This document shows positions 1 through 9,500 of a stretch of 64,000 nt of DNA, piece after piece (within the stretch, counting starts at the first letter, position 1; each line of letters opens with the position of its first letter). Source of the DNA: Solirubrobacteraceae bacterium (GTDB lineage Bacteria; Actinomycetota; Thermoleophilia; Solirubrobacterales; Solirubrobacteraceae). The notes beneath the pieces are model-generated. The model saw only the letters and a list, made by a program, of their open reading frames with translations. It had not been told where the DNA came from and made no database searches. Location of the stretch: contig DASXZB010000013.1 in assembly GCA_036502145.1 (NCBI GenBank), positions 46,869-110,868 of the forward strand, given 5' to 3'. A program made the position numbers and the translations under genes.

Positions 1-1018
1 TGACGGGGCCGCCGTTGGACACGTTCAGCAGGACACGCCCGCCCTGCATCCGGGTGCTGACGTCCAGAAAGCCGCCGGGCTCGTTGTGGTGGATGCCGTT
101 GTCGAGCAGGTTGGCGACCATCCGCTCCAGCAGTGCGGGCTCGCCGGTCGTCCAGGCCGGGTCCAGATCGTCGCGTACCCGCACCCGCGCCTCCCGGGCA
201 CGGACGCGCAGATCGGTGATGCAGTCGCCGGCCAGGACGGCGATGTCGATCGCCTCCTCGGGTCCCGCCGACGCCTCGCTGCGCGCGAGCACCAGCAGGC
301 TCGAGATCAGCTGCTCACACCGGTCGACGGTCTCGCGGACGGCCTCTCCCATCGCCCGCAGCTCGCCGCGGCTGGCGTCGGGATCGGCCAGCGCCACGTC
401 GACCTCGGTGCGCATGATCGCCAGCGGGGTGCGCAGCTCGTGCGAGGCGTTGGCCACGAAGCGGCGCTGGCTGGCGAACGCTCCGTCGAGGCGGGCCAGC
501 ATCCCGTCGAAGGTGTTGGCCAGCTCGCGCAGCTCGTCGGCGGGCCCGCGCAGCGCGATGCGCTCGCCCAGGTTCTCGCCTGACACGCGGCGGGCGGTGG
601 CGGTTATCGCGCGCAGGGGGCGCAGCGCCCGGCCGGCCAGCCACCAGCCGGTGCCGACCGCCACCAGCGTGGTGGCCAGCAGGGCCCCCACGTATTCCCA
701 GAACAGGCGGTTCAGAGCGTCGTTCTCGATCTGCTGCTGCACCGCTCGCGCAAGCTTGAGCTCAGGCGATCCCGGCGCGAAGCCGAGCGCCCGGCTCAGC
801 AGGTGATCGCCCTTGACGCTCAGGCCCAGGCGCTGGAGCTTGGAGGTCAGCGCGTGGTGCTGAGTGAGGTTTGAGCGGACCAGGAGGTAGCCGACGGTCA
901 GCAGCACGACGCCGGTGACCAGAAAGACGCCGCCGTAGAGCAACGTCAGCCGCAGCCGGATGGTGGGTGCGGGCGAGCGGAGAAAGCGGTGCCGACGGGG
1001 AGTCGTGGCCGCGTCCAC
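1..1018 (-). CDS. Membrane sensor histidine kinase with HAMP domain (CutS-like), truncated by the window edge
   Basis: Not in the ORF track; translated manually from GTG at 1018. Shows PTIRLRLTLLYGG plus a TM segment, HAMP (LRPLRAIT...DELRELANTFDGMLARL), H-box RRFVANASHELRTPL and N-box LVANLLDNG. Lies directly downstream of a response regulator. Confidence 0.9.
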   Translation of the reverse strand, partial: MDAATTPRRHRFLRSPAPTIRLRLTLLYGGVFLVTGVVLLTVGYLLVRSNLTQHHALTSKLQRLGLSVKGDHLLSRALGFAPGSPELKLARAVQQQIENDALNRLFWEYVGALLATTLVAVGTGWWLAGRALRPLRAITATARRVSGENLGERIALRGPADELRELANTFDGMLARLDGAFASQRRFVANASHELRTPLAIMRTEVDVALADPDASRGELRAMGEAVRETVDRCEQLISSLLVLARSEASAGPEEAIDIAVLAGDCITDLRVRAREARVRVRDDLDPAWTTGEPALLERMVANLLDNGIHHNEPGGFLDVSTRMQGGRVLLNVSNGGPV

Positions 1019-1023
1019 CGAAC

Positions 1024-1680
1024 TCAGGCCATCCGGTAGCCGACCCCGATCACGGTCTCCACCACGGGAGGCTCGCCGAGCTTCCGGCGCAGGGTCATGA
1101 TCGTCATGCGCACCACGTTAGTGAATGGGTCGGTGTGCTCGTCCCACACCCGCTCCAGCAGCTGCTCGGCCGAGACGGTCGCACCGTCGGCCGACATCAG
1201 CACCTCGAGCACCGCGAACTCCTTGCGGGCGAGCTCGATTTCCGAGCCGGCCCGGGTGAGCCGCCGGCGGGCGGGGTCCAGTTCCAGCTCGCCATGTCGG
1301 AGCACCGGGGGGCGGCTCGGCGTGGCCCGGCGGGCCAGCGCCTGGATCCGCGCCACCAGCTCGGCGAACCGAAACGGCTTGGCCAGGTAGTCGTCAGCCC
1401 CCAGCGCGAGCCCGCCGACCACGTCCTCCAGCGCGCCGGCCGCGGTCAGCATCAGGATCCCGGTGTCGGGCCGCTCGCCCCGGACCGTCCGGCAGACCTC
1501 GTCGCCGTGCACCCGGGGCAGATCGCGGTCGAGCACCAGCACGTCGTAGCGCACGACCCGGGCCTTGACCAGCGCCTGCTCGCCGTCGGGCGCCAGATCG
1601 ACCGCGATCCCCTGGCGGCGCAGCCCGCGGGCGATGGCCTCCGCGAGGCGAAGCTCGTCCTCGGCGATCAGCACCCGCAT
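1024..1680 (-). CDS. OmpR/PhoB-family response regulator (CutR-like)
   Basis: Receiver motifs MRVLIAEDE, VLDRDLP and GADDYLAKPF; winged-helix C-terminus ETVIGVGY. Start placed at ATG 1680. Confidence 0.93.
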   Translation of the reverse strand: MRVLIAEDELRLAEAIARGLRRQGIAVDLAPDGEQALVKARVVRYDVLVLDRDLPRVHGDEVCRTVRGERPDTGILMLTAAGALEDVVGGLALGADDYLAKPFRFAELVARIQALARRATPSRPPVLRHGELELDPARRRLTRAGSEIELARKEFAVLEVLMSADGATVSAEQLLERVWDEHTDPFTNVVRMTIMTLRRKLGEPPVVETVIGVGYRMA

Positions 1681-1728
1681 GGCCGCTCCCAGCATGACTC
1701 GCCCTACGTAAGAACTCCATAAGTAGTC

Positions 1729-2028
1729 CTACTCGCCAAAGAAGGTCACCCGGCCGTGCCCATGTCGTGGCCTGCACGCGAACCGCAAGCCGCCGGCAAT
1801 GCGGCAATGCCAGCCTGGGGGAGCACCTAAAAGGGCCGTCGCACGAGCGAACCAGCAGCTGACGTGCTCCGCCGTGATGCCGCTCGGGCCGGGCCTGAGC
1901 CCATCCGTCCCGAACTTGAACGAACCGCAGTGGCGGACGCTGCTGGTGGTGTGAGCTCGACCGGCGACGGCGACTGCCGGACTCACGATCGCGCCGATCA
2001 TTGCCATGACCACAATCAGACGCTTCAT
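1729..2028 (-). CDS. Small secreted protein, 99 aa, 4 Cys, unknown function
   Basis: AGGAGA SD before ATG 2028; signal peptide MKRLIVVMAMIGAIVSPAVAVA; four Cys in the mature part. Confidence 0.7.
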   Translation of the reverse strand: MKRLIVVMAMIGAIVSPAVAVAGRAHTTSSVRHCGSFKFGTDGLRPGPSGITAEHVSCWFARATALLGAPPGWHCRIAGGLRFACRPRHGHGRVTFFGE

Positions 2029-2297
2029 TTTCTCTCCTAGGTAGGGTCCAGAGGACGGCTTCACACCGCGTTCTTTGACGGGGCGGGTTGGTCATTCGGC
2101 CCAGCGGGTCCCGTGATCGCAGTGCGCTCGCGGCTTGCTGGCTGTTCGGATGGGATGGGGGCGGCGGTTGGACCTTTTGTTGCGGGTGCTGCCGGCGCCA
2201 TCGCGGGCCTGACCACCTGATTTTTGCAGGCTGACGGCTGCGGTTGGGCGGCACATGCCCTGCATCCGGCGCGCCCGAGCACCCAGGAGGAACCACG

Positions 2298-2378
2298 ATG
2301 AGCAACCGTCGCCGTCTTTCAGAAGCCGAGCGTGAGGAGCGTCGCCGGAACCCGCGACGGAGCGAAAGGAGGGGGTAG
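2298..2378 (+). pseudogene. 26-codon ORF with strong SD, probably a truncated gene remnant
   Basis: CAGGAGG-N7-ATG; translates MSNRRRLSEAEREERRRNPRRSERRG*; ends 9 nt before the next CDS. Confidence 0.35.
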
Positions 2379-2387
2379 GCTGGTGGC

Positions 2388-4040
2388 GTGGTGGCCTGGG
2401 CGCCCATCCGATATGCCCACAACGGTGACGTTTCGATCGCCTACACGGTTGTGGGAGACGGTTCTGTGGATCTGCTGTTCATAGGCGGTTTCGTGAGCCA
2501 TCTCGAGATCGGCTTCGATTTGCCGCTGGCGAAGAGGTTCTGGGATCGGATGGGATCGTTCGCGCGGGTGATTACGTTCGACAAGCGAGGGATGGGGCTC
2601 TCCGACCGTCACTCGGGCGCGTATACGCTCGAGACCATCGTCGATGACGCGCTCGCGGTGCTCGACGCGTGCGGTGTTGAGCGGACGACTGTGTTTGGGG
2701 TGTCCGAGGGCGGGTCCGCCGCCACGATGTTGGCGGCGACGCACCCGGATCGCGTGGCAGCGATGGTGCAGTACGGGACCTACGCGCGCGTGTCGCGTGC
2801 GGAGGGTTACCCCGACGGGATCCCCGTAGAGGTCACGCGCCGGTACTGGGATCGCATGGTTGAAGGCTGGGGCGACCCGTTCAGCATCGAAAGCTGGGCT
2901 CCAAGCGTGGCCCACGATCCTGAGGTGCGCGAATGGTGGGCGCGCATGTTGCGGTCCGGGGCGAGCCCAGGGGCCATGCGGACGATTGGGCTCATGTACG
3001 AAGAGCTGGATGTACGGCCGTTGCTTTCCAGTGTGAGGGTCCCAACTCTTGTGCTGTATCGCGCCGGGGATCGGGTCGTGCCGGCGGTGCTCTCGCGCAC
3101 GGTGGCGCGCGGGATCCCGGGCGCGCGCGAGGACGAGCTTGTCGGCTCCGACCATCTCTTCATCGCTGGGGATCAGGACGCGATGATCGACGCGGTCGAG
3201 GAATTCGTCACCGGTCGGCCCGCCGCCGTGGTTCGCGACCGGATCCTGGCCACGGTCCTGTTCACGGACATCGTTCGATCGACCGAACTTACGGCCGCGC
3301 TCGGCGACCGCAGTTGGCGCGAGCTGCTCGGCCGGTACGAGCGGCTCGTCGAGCGCGAGCTGGTGCGCTACCGCGGTCGGCTCGTGAAACGGCTGGGCGA
3401 CGGCGTGCTGGCAACGTTTGACGGTCCGGCCAGGGCGGTGCGCTCAGCGCTTGCAATCCGCGCCGGTGCGGAGGCAATCGGGCTTGAGGCGCGCGCCGGC
3501 GTGCATACCGGCGAGTGCGAGGTGATGGCCAATGACGTCGCCGGAATCGCCGTGCATCTCACCGCGCGTTTAGTGACGACCGCGCGACCAGGCGAGGTGA
3601 TCACGTCAGGCACGGTCAAGGACCTCGTCGTCGGTGCCGGGCTGGAGTTCGAGGAGCGCGGAGCGCATGTGCTCAAGGGGATACCGGGTGAATGGACGAT
3701 CTACTCGGTCATCGGCGACACCGAGCGGTCCTCGACACCGGCCGCCGAGCCGGCAGGTGTCGGGAGCGATCCGGCGTCCGACAGGGTGCGCGAAAAGATG
3801 AGCCTCCTCTTGGGACGCGCCAGCAGGCTGTCGCCGAACGAGCTCCACGAGCTGAGCAAGCGCGAGCTTGACGTACTCGCGCTCGTCGCGGAAGGGCTCA
3901 GCAACGAGGAGATCGCGGGGCGTCTGTACCTGAGCAGCAGGACCGTTGAGCGCCACCTGTCCAATATTTACGTGAAGCTTCGCGTCTCCGGCAAGGCGGC
4001 GCGCGCCGCCGCGGCCGCGCGATTCTCGGCGTCGCGCTAG
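2388..4040 (+). CDS. Alpha/beta hydrolase - class III adenylate/guanylate cyclase - LuxR HTH fusion (LipJ-like plus LuxR)
   Basis: GVSEGG nucleophile elbow; cyclase motifs TVLFTDIVRST, KRLGDG, RAGVHTGE and GIAVHLTAR; C-terminal LSKRELDVLALVAEGLSNEEIAGRLYLSSRTVERHLSNIYVKL. Confidence 0.9.
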   Translation: MVAWAPIRYAHNGDVSIAYTVVGDGSVDLLFIGGFVSHLEIGFDLPLAKRFWDRMGSFARVITFDKRGMGLSDRHSGAYTLETIVDDALAVLDACGVERTTVFGVSEGGSAATMLAATHPDRVAAMVQYGTYARVSRAEGYPDGIPVEVTRRYWDRMVEGWGDPFSIESWAPSVAHDPEVREWWARMLRSGASPGAMRTIGLMYEELDVRPLLSSVRVPTLVLYRAGDRVVPAVLSRTVARGIPGAREDELVGSDHLFIAGDQDAMIDAVEEFVTGRPAAVVRDRILATVLFTDIVRSTELTAALGDRSWRELLGRYERLVERELVRYRGRLVKRLGDGVLATFDGPARAVRSALAIRAGAEAIGLEARAGVHTGECEVMANDVAGIAVHLTARLVTTARPGEVITSGTVKDLVVGAGLEFEERGAHVLKGIPGEWTIYSVIGDTERSSTPAAEPAGVGSDPASDRVREKMSLLLGRASRLSPNELHELSKRELDVLALVAEGLSNEEIAGRLYLSSRTVERHLSNIYVKLRVSGKAARAAAAARFSASR

Positions 4041-4306
4041 CCGGACCAGTGCGTCCGCCAGGGCGGGCGACCTCCAACATGAGGGCGACGGCGAGGGAGC
4101 GACGCCAACGGGCAAGGGCGGGACCGTGCCACCGGGGCGTCTGTGACTCCGCTGCGGACGACAGCTGACGGTCAACTGGCCCGCAACCCCCGACAGGGAG
4201 GCCAACTACGTGCATGCCGCCACGATTTTGGGTGGTGGCGCCGATGTCGTTCAAGCGGTTCGCGAGGAGGATTCCCTGACACCCCTTACGACCGTGGAGG
4301 TTCGAA

Positions 4307-4876
4307 GTGAGCGCAGCGACACACATGTTCCGCAACGGTGTCGACACCGAGAAGATGTTCGGCACGCTGGATCTGATCAAGGCGCAGCCGGAGCTGGCGA
4401 GGTTCCAGTTCCGCGCCACCAACCGCTGGATCGACGGGGCGCATAACCGCTCGACCATCAAAGGCTTCTACGCCGCGGGCGCCGAGGACACCACTCGGAC
4501 CGAGGCGTTCGAGCTCGATGGAGGGGAGCCGGCGATCCTGCTCGGCAGCGACACAGGCCCCAACCCCGCCGAGTACCTGCTCCACGCACTCGCCGCCTGC
4601 CTGACGACGTCGATCGTCTACGTGGCCGCGGCGCGCAAGGTCGAGCTCACGTCCGTGGAGTCGACGCTGACGGGCGAGATGGACCTGCGCGGTGCGCTGG
4701 GCGTGGACGACGGGCCTCGCAACGGCTTTGAGCGGATCGGCGTCGTATTCCGGGTGAGCGGCAACGCGCCAGAGGACGAGCTCCGCGAGGTCGTGGAGCG
4801 AGCTCGGACGCGATCTGCCGTCTACGACATGGTCACCAACGGCGTGCCCGTCGCGCTCGAGGTGGCCACGCACTGA
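4307..4876 (+). CDS. OsmC-family protein
   Basis: GEPAILLGSDTGPNPAEYLLHALAACL motif; GEMDLRGALG. Confidence 0.88.
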   Translation: MSAATHMFRNGVDTEKMFGTLDLIKAQPELARFQFRATNRWIDGAHNRSTIKGFYAAGAEDTTRTEAFELDGGEPAILLGSDTGPNPAEYLLHALAACLTTSIVYVAAARKVELTSVESTLTGEMDLRGALGVDDGPRNGFERIGVVFRVSGNAPEDELREVVERARTRSAVYDMVTNGVPVALEVATH

Positions 4877-4944
4877 GCCTCATAAGGCCCGTGGCCGGTG
4901 TCTCCGGCCGCGGGCCCCGTGATGACCGGATCGGAGCATCCGTT

Positions 4945-6162
4945 ATGCCGATTGAACTCACAGCCCACACTGACGCCGGCGCCCGCCTCGTCGCGATCGC
5001 CGAGCAGCTCTCCGAAGAGCTTGCCGCCCGCGCGGCTGAGCATGACCGCGATGGCACCTACCCGTTCGAGGCGATCGACGCGCTCAAGGCCGCGGGTTAC
5101 TTCGCAGCGCCTGTCCCTGTGGAGCTCGGTGGATTGGGCGTTCGGTCAGCGCACGACCTCGTCGTGGCGTCGAGTCGTCTGGCGCGCGGCGACGCCTCGG
5201 TCACGATCGGCGTGAACATGCACCTCGCCGCGGTGCTCAACATGGAGCGCCGTCGCCAAGTTGCGGTTGCGGCCGGACAGGAGCGCCGCGCTCGCGGCTT
5301 CGCGTCGTCGCTCGAGCAGATCGCCCGCGACGGAGTCGTGCTGGCAGCCGCGATCAGCGAGCGCGGCCAGGATCTCACGCGCCCTGCAACGGTTGCTATC
5401 CGTACCAAGCCCGGCTGGCGGATCGATGGGCACAAGGTGTTCTGCACGATGTCCCCCGCCGCAACCGATCTGTACGTGGCGGTCATCTATGCCGACGGCG
5501 AGGGCACCGAGCGCTACGCGTACGCGATGGTGCCCACCGCCGCGCCCGGTGTCGTCGTGCACGCCGACTGGGACGCGCTCGGCATGCGCGCCTCGGGCAG
5601 CAATTCGATCTCGCTCAAGGGGGTCGAGTTGCCCGAGTCCGCCCTGCGGGGCGGCTTTCGAGCCGGCGACCCCGTGCCGTACATGGAGCGTAATCTCGTC
5701 GCCGGGCTGTTCCATGCCGCCGCCTCTCTCGGCATCGCCGAGTCGGCCGACCAGATGGCCCTCCGTGGCCTCCGCGGCCGCACCAACGGCGACGCACACC
5801 CGCGCATGCAGGTGGCCGACAACACCGTCGACCTCGCCGCCGCACGCGGCGTCCTCTCGCGCGCCGCCGCCCTGATCGATGAGCACCACGCCGCCAACCC
5901 GGCGTCCGACGGCACTGACGCCGAGCTCGGGGGGCTGTTCGCCGAGGCGCAAGCCGCCAAGGCGTTCATCAGCGAGGCGACCGCGCGGATCGTGGACCGT
6001 GCGCTCGCCCTCTCTGGCGGCGCTGGCTACCTGAACGGCAGCCCGCTCGCCCGCGCCTACCGCGACGTTAAGGCCGGCTCCTTCATGCATCCGCTGGCCG
6101 CGAGCCGCGTCTACGACTACCTCGCCCAGGTCACCCTGGGGGGGCAGCCGTCGCTCCACTGA
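4945..6162 (+). CDS. Acyl-CoA dehydrogenase-fold flavin-dependent monooxygenase-like protein (DszC/SfnB-type)
   Basis: RAAEHDRDGTYP, GHKVFCT, DWDALGMRASGS, RAYRD. Start moved to ATG 4945 after GGAG. Adjacent to a flavin reductase. Confidence 0.8.
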   Translation: MPIELTAHTDAGARLVAIAEQLSEELAARAAEHDRDGTYPFEAIDALKAAGYFAAPVPVELGGLGVRSAHDLVVASSRLARGDASVTIGVNMHLAAVLNMERRRQVAVAAGQERRARGFASSLEQIARDGVVLAAAISERGQDLTRPATVAIRTKPGWRIDGHKVFCTMSPAATDLYVAVIYADGEGTERYAYAMVPTAAPGVVVHADWDALGMRASGSNSISLKGVELPESALRGGFRAGDPVPYMERNLVAGLFHAAASLGIAESADQMALRGLRGRTNGDAHPRMQVADNTVDLAAARGVLSRAAALIDEHHAANPASDGTDAELGGLFAEAQAAKAFISEATARIVDRALALSGGAGYLNGSPLARAYRDVKAGSFMHPLAASRVYDYLAQVTLGGQPSLH

Positions 6163-6163
6163 C

Positions 6164-6760
6164 ATGGCGATCCCAGCCCAACCCCACCTCCATCCGCCGT
6201 CCGAGCAGCCCGCATTCCGCCAAGCGCTCGGCAGGTTCGCCACCGGCGTCGCGTTCATCACTGCGGTGCCGGGCGGGCAGCCCGCCGGGCTGATCGTGAA
6301 CTCGTTCACCTCAGTCTCGCTCGAGCCGCCGCTGGTCTCCTTCTCGCCGGCGCGAAGCTCGCTTACCTGGTCGCGCATGCGGCGCGCGAGGCGCTTCGGC
6401 GTAAACGTCCTCGGCCGGCAGCACGAACCCTTCGTCGTACGCGCGGCGCCCGCGGGCGCGGACCGATTCGCCGGCCTCGACTGGAAGCCAGGGCGCAGCG
6501 GCGTGCCGCTGCTTACAGATGCCCTTGTCCGCCTCGAGTGCGAGATCGTCGCCGAGCACCTCGCCGGCGACCACTGGATCGTCCTCGGGCAAGTCTCCGA
6601 CCTCGAGGTCTCGCCCAGGAGCCACCCGCTCGTCTCCTTCGCTGGCGAATTCGCCTCCCTGGTGGCGAATTCGCCTCAGCGCAACAGCGAGGGCGCGGAG
6701 CTTGTCGGTCAATCCCGGGGGTGTCGAGGCCACCTCCGACAGGCGCGCGCAAACTCCTAA
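6164..6760 (+). CDS. Flavin reductase (HpaC/DszD-like)
   Basis: FRQALGRFATGV, NSFTSVSLEPPLV, GDHWIVLG. Confidence 0.9.
   Translation: MAIPAQPHLHPPSEQPAFRQALGRFATGVAFITAVPGGQPAGLIVNSFTSVSLEPPLVSFSPARSSLTWSRMRRARRFGVNVLGRQHEPFVVRAAPAGADRFAGLDWKPGRSGVPLLTDALVRLECEIVAEHLAGDHWIVLGQVSDLEVSPRSHPLVSFAGEFASLVANSPQRNSEGAELVGQSRGCRGHLRQARANS
6643..6677. repeat. 15-bp direct repeat TGGCGAATTCGCCTC x2, each with a palindromic core
   Basis: Copies at 6643-6657 and 6663-6677, near the 3' end of the flavin reductase. Confidence 0.7.
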
Positions 6761-6878
6761 CGCGGCTGAGCAGAGCGTGACGCTTCGACACGCCGACGTA
6801 GTGCTTAGATATACGGTGCCGTTCAGCATTACATGAAACGACGTCACAACGACTCGTGGTATCCTGAATCGGACCCAG

Positions 6879-8207
6879 ATGGCCTCCCAGCCGAACATCG
6901 CCGAAAAGAGCATGGCCTTCGGGCTGCGGGCGCTCAACCTGGTTGCGTCATCGGGCGCGATCGACCGCCTGGGCCTGCGTGACCCCGCCGTCCGCCTCCT
7001 GCACGGCGCCAGCAAGACCACCGGTCGCACCGCCGCCAGGGCCGGGAGAACGTTCGCCGCCGCTCAGCGGCTGGCCCGCCCGGCCCGGCAGCCCACCGCC
7101 AAGCCGAGCGATCTCTTCGATCTCACTCCGTCTGACGAGCAGCAGATGCTCCGCGACTCGACCAAGGAGTTCGCGCTGGCCAAGATCCGCCCGATCGCCG
7201 GGGAGGCCGACGAGCAGTGCGCCGCGCCGCCGGAGCTGCTGGCTCAGGCCAACGAGCTGGGGCTGACGATGATCGGCGTTCCCGAGGAGCTCGGCGGAGC
7301 CGTCGAGGAGCGCTCGGCCGCCACCACGGTCTTGATGAGCGAGGCGCTGGCCCAGGGCGACATGGGCGTTGCCGTCGCCTGCCTGGCTCCGGCCGCTGTG
7401 TCGACGGCGATCAGCCTGTGGGGCGATGCCCACCAGCAGGCCACCTATCTGCCCGAGTTCGTCGGCGAGAACGTCCCCGCCGCGGCGCTGGCGGTGATGG
7501 AGCAGCGTCCGCTGTTCAACCCCTTCGAGCTTCAGACCACGGCCCGTCCGGCCAAGGGCGGATACGTGCTCGACGGCGTCAAGGCGCTGGTCCCCCGGGC
7601 CGGCGACGGCGAACTGTTCGTCGTCGCCGCCGACCTGCAGGGAGACGGACCGGCGCTGTTCATCGTGGAGTCCAAGACCAAGGGGCTCAGCATCGAGCCC
7701 GAGCCGGCGATGGGCGTCCGCGCCGCCGCCACCGGCAAGCTGGTCCTCGAAGCGGTCCAGCTCCCGGCCACGGCGCTGCTCGGAGGCGCCAGACGCGCCA
7801 CCTACACCGAGTGCATCCAGCTCGGCCGCCTGGCCTGGTGCGCGGTCGCGGTCGGGGCCGGCCAGGCGGTGCTCGACTACGTCAGCGACTACGTAAAGGA
7901 CCGCCGGGCGTTCGGCGAGCCGGTCTCAAATCGCCAGGCGGTGGCGTTCACGGTGGCCAACATGGCGATCGAGCTCGACGGCCTCAGACTGGCCACATAC
8001 CGCGCCGCCGGGCGCGTGGACCAGGGCCTCGAGTTCGCCCGCGACGTCGCCATCGCGCGCCGGCTGTGCGCCGACAAGGCGATGGCGATCGGCTCTGACG
8101 GCGTGCAGATGCTCGGCGGCCACGGTTATGTGAAGGAGCACCCCGTGGAGCGCTGGTACCGCGATCTGCGCGCGGCCGGCCTGATGGAGGGCGGACTGCT
8201 CGTCTAG
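6879..8207 (+). CDS. Acyl-CoA dehydrogenase (FadE24-like)
   Basis: R-x-AFGEPVS, GVQMLGGHGYVKEHPVERWYRD; paired with the downstream FadE23-like gene. Confidence 0.88.
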   Translation: MASQPNIAEKSMAFGLRALNLVASSGAIDRLGLRDPAVRLLHGASKTTGRTAARAGRTFAAAQRLARPARQPTAKPSDLFDLTPSDEQQMLRDSTKEFALAKIRPIAGEADEQCAAPPELLAQANELGLTMIGVPEELGGAVEERSAATTVLMSEALAQGDMGVAVACLAPAAVSTAISLWGDAHQQATYLPEFVGENVPAAALAVMEQRPLFNPFELQTTARPAKGGYVLDGVKALVPRAGDGELFVVAADLQGDGPALFIVESKTKGLSIEPEPAMGVRAAATGKLVLEAVQLPATALLGGARRATYTECIQLGRLAWCAVAVGAGQAVLDYVSDYVKDRRAFGEPVSNRQAVAFTVANMAIELDGLRLATYRAAGRVDQGLEFARDVAIARRLCADKAMAIGSDGVQMLGGHGYVKEHPVERWYRDLRAAGLMEGGLLV

Positions 8208-8233
8208 CCAGGCGACGCAGCCGGAGACACCGC

Positions 8234-9475
8234 ATGATCAACCTCGAGATCCCCAAGAAATTCAACGTACTGGTGACACAGTCGCACCAGGTTGCGACCG
8301 AGGTCTTCCGCCCCAACTCGCGCAAGTACGACAACTTCGCCAACGCCTATCCCAAAGAGCTCGACATGCTCGCCGCGGTGATCGACGGCATGAACGAGAG
8401 CGGCGCGCTCGGCGGCGCCGGGGCCGGAACGGTGGGCGGGGGCGCCAACGGCGCGTCCGCGGACAGCGAGTCCAAGCAGGAGACCGGGAATCGCAACGGC
8501 AGCAACATGGCCAGCCTGCTGGGGCTGATCGAGCTGTGCTGGGGCGACGTCGGGCTCCTGCTGGCGATGCCCCGCCAGGGACTCGGCCAGGCCGCGATCG
8601 CCGCGGTGGCCAACGAGGAGCAGCTAAAGCGCTTCGGCGGCAAGTGGGCCGCGATGGCGATCACCGAGCCCGAGGCCGGTTCCGATTCCGCGGCGGTGCG
8701 AACCACCGCGCGCTACGACGCGGAGACCGACGAGTACGTGCTCAACGGGGAGAAGATCTTTGTCACCTCCGGCGACCGCGCCGAGCTGATCGTGGTCTGG
8801 GCCACGCTTGACCGCGACCAGGGCCGGGCCGCCATCAAGTCGTTCGTGGTCGAGCGCGACAACCCCGGGCTCAAGCTCGACCGGCTCGAGCACAAGCTCG
8901 GGATCCGCGCCTCGGACACCGCCAACTTCGTGCTCGACGACTGCCGCGTGCCCAAGGAGAACCTCCTCGGCAGCCCGGACATCGAGCCCCGCAAGGGCTT
9001 TGCCGGGGTCATGCAGACCTTCGACAACACTCGTCCGCTGGTCGCCGGGATGGCGATCGGCGTAGCCCGGGCCTGCCTGGAGCTCACCCGCGAGCACCTT
9101 GAGGGCGCCGGCATCGAGATCGACTACGACCTCCCCGCCCAGCTGCAGAGCGCCGCCGCGGCCGAGTTCATCGCCATGGAGGCCGACTGGGAGGCGGCTC
9201 GGCTGCTCACCCTGCAGGCGGCCTGGATGGCCGACAACCGCAAACCCAACTCGCTGCAGGCGTCGATGGCCAAGGCCAAGGCCGGCCGGATGGGCACCGA
9301 CGTGGCGCTGCGGTGCGTGGCGCTGTGCGGCGCCACCGGCTACGCCGAGGGCGAGCTGCTGGAGAAGTGGGCCCGGGACGCCAAGATCCTCGACCTGTTC
9401 GAGGGCACCCAGCAGATCCAGCTGCTGGTGGTGGCTCGGCTGCTGCTGGGCAAGAGCTCCGCGGAATTGAAGTAG
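8234..9475 (+). CDS. Acyl-CoA dehydrogenase (FadE23-like)
   Basis: MINLEIPKK start, AMAITEPEAGSD, LNGEKIFVT, KLGIRASDT, DLFEGTQQIQ. Confidence 0.9.
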   Translation: MINLEIPKKFNVLVTQSHQVATEVFRPNSRKYDNFANAYPKELDMLAAVIDGMNESGALGGAGAGTVGGGANGASADSESKQETGNRNGSNMASLLGLIELCWGDVGLLLAMPRQGLGQAAIAAVANEEQLKRFGGKWAAMAITEPEAGSDSAAVRTTARYDAETDEYVLNGEKIFVTSGDRAELIVVWATLDRDQGRAAIKSFVVERDNPGLKLDRLEHKLGIRASDTANFVLDDCRVPKENLLGSPDIEPRKGFAGVMQTFDNTRPLVAGMAIGVARACLELTREHLEGAGIEIDYDLPAQLQSAAAAEFIAMEADWEAARLLTLQAAWMADNRKPNSLQASMAKAKAGRMGTDVALRCVALCGATGYAEGELLEKWARDAKILDLFEGTQQIQLLVVARLLLGKSSAELK

Positions 9476-9500
9476 CCCAGCCGCAACCTATGCTGCCGGT

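Noticed and set aside
6643-6790. Direct repeat as an attachment site or target-site duplication
   Set aside because: The two copies are adjacent (20-nt period) and I saw no matching copy at the other end of the putative acquired segment. More likely a local duplication.
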